From Antedon mediterranea (lineage: Eukaryota; Animalia; Echinodermata): DNA of 64,000 bases. A program made the position numbers and the translations under genes. Numbering within the stretch: the stretch's first letter is position 1; every line of letters begins with the position of its first letter. The stretch is taken from NCBI RefSeq assembly GCF_964355755.1, contig NC_092670.1:4640201-4704200 (forward strand), in the 5' to 3' direction. Below the pieces are notes generated by a model. It searched no databases, was not told the DNA's origin, and saw nothing but the letters and a program-made list of their open reading frames with translations. Below, in pieces: positions 27,491 through 64,000 of the stretch.

Positions 27491-27662
27491 ATCTCTTTAC
27501 TCCATTACTACATTATAACTTAAAATTATAAATTATATATAATTTGTGCATATTACATCCAGCAACATCCCACAACATTGCTATTTTGACGATGATTTGG
27601 ACAATATATAATTCAGCTAAAATATCCCATTGTTTTTAAAGTAAAAACTTGCTGTTGTCATA

Positions 27663-62957
<35,295 letters not shown>

Positions 62958-64000
62958 CTGCAACAATTGAGATAGTTATATCAACATTATTTAATATACT
63001 ATTATATATATATAATATAATACATTATAAAATATTCATATTAAATTTCTATTGAGGCAGTTTTAAACCTATTTTACTAGTTAGAATCTTCTCTCTATAA
63101 TTTATTGTAGATCTACAATTTCCCCAAAAATATAGAGGGCACTATATCAGATCTATTCCTTGTCTGGCTGTATTATGTAAAGAAGCAAATGATATCAGAA
63201 ATGAACAATTTCCACTGCCAGGGTTTTTGTTAAGGCTTTTTCTTTATAAAGTGATACATGACTTTTATGTGCAGTTTTCTGCATCTAGGCCTAAATTAGA
63301 GGCTTCCTTAAATCAAGATGTTCTCGACTATTATTTTTTAGGTGTCCTTTACAACAATCTCCAAGGTCAGATAGATATGCAGGAGAGATAGTGTTCAGAA
63401 AAGTTGGCAGGCAACCAGAACAAACCCTGCAAAACTGTTATTTGATTATTTAAATTCTGAGTTGCCATATTTTGCAAGCACTGTTTAGAAGTTGTATTCA
63501 AGACCAGTTGCATTCTGATAGTTCACCCTACACAGCTAAATACTTTAGCATGCGTCAGCGCTATGCAACCACAAATACAATCAAAATTGCTTACAACTAC
63601 CATGCATAGCAAACAGATATATGTGATGGATTGAAGACAGTACCACTAGAGGTGAAGTAGTGAACTAGCAGTAAACTACAGAATCAACACTTCCAATGTT
63701 AACATCAGACATGCAAATAACTGTTGATTATCAACTTGTTGATCGTGAAGCCGGTTTTCCACTAGGTAAATTTAATGTTTCACTGAGAAAAAAAATCAGG
63801 CTACTCTTTCCACCACAAGAGAGAATAGCTGTGTTGTTCATTTCCAATGTTTGTCTGCTGAACTTTTCGATTTGCATGATTGATCATTTTTTTCAGCCTT
63901 GCTACTATTGATTTCGCTGAAGCGAGAAACTCAAGGAACTAGATTTCATCACATAAAGCGATTTGAAAAATGAAACATGACACTTTTGATTCATGCGAAC

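Noticed and set aside
26887-27523. Overlapping ORFs with LSAFLHFT repeats
   Set aside because: Translation of the 24-bp minisatellite.

Overview
AT-rich eukaryotic genomic DNA with spliceosomal GT-AG introns. It is probably from a marine invertebrate deuterostome (echinoderm-like repeat landscape; inference only). Three protein-coding genes can be reconstructed by hand. (1) The 5' part of an EPB41L5/EPB41L4B (Yurt/moe-type) FERM gene on the minus strand: 6 coding exons from 17465 down to 2180, continuing beyond the left edge. (2) A single-coding-exon TMEM177 gene on the plus strand (19701..20588), head-to-head with the FERM gene. (3) The 3' part of a PTPN3/PTPN4 (FERM-PDZ-PTP) tyrosine phosphatase on the minus strand: 16 exons from 62957 down to a stop at 27663, 657 aa, with the 5' end beyond the right edge. 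The same three genes are neighbours in human (2q14.2), which suggests ancient microsynteny. Introns contain many non-autonomous DNA transposons (Harbinger-, Kolobok-, P-, Merlin/MULE-, pogo/mariner- and Helentron-like), Nin/Deu-domain SINEs, an inverted pair of degenerate Penelope-type hammerhead motifs, and several minisatellites. One of these is a 2.9-kb array of 21-bp units with a 480-bp higher-order repeat, and it produces the 1010/1012-aa ORFs. No prokaryotic system, CRISPR array or autonomous transposase was found. Superfamily calls rest on TIR/TSD signatures read by eye, not on database searches.
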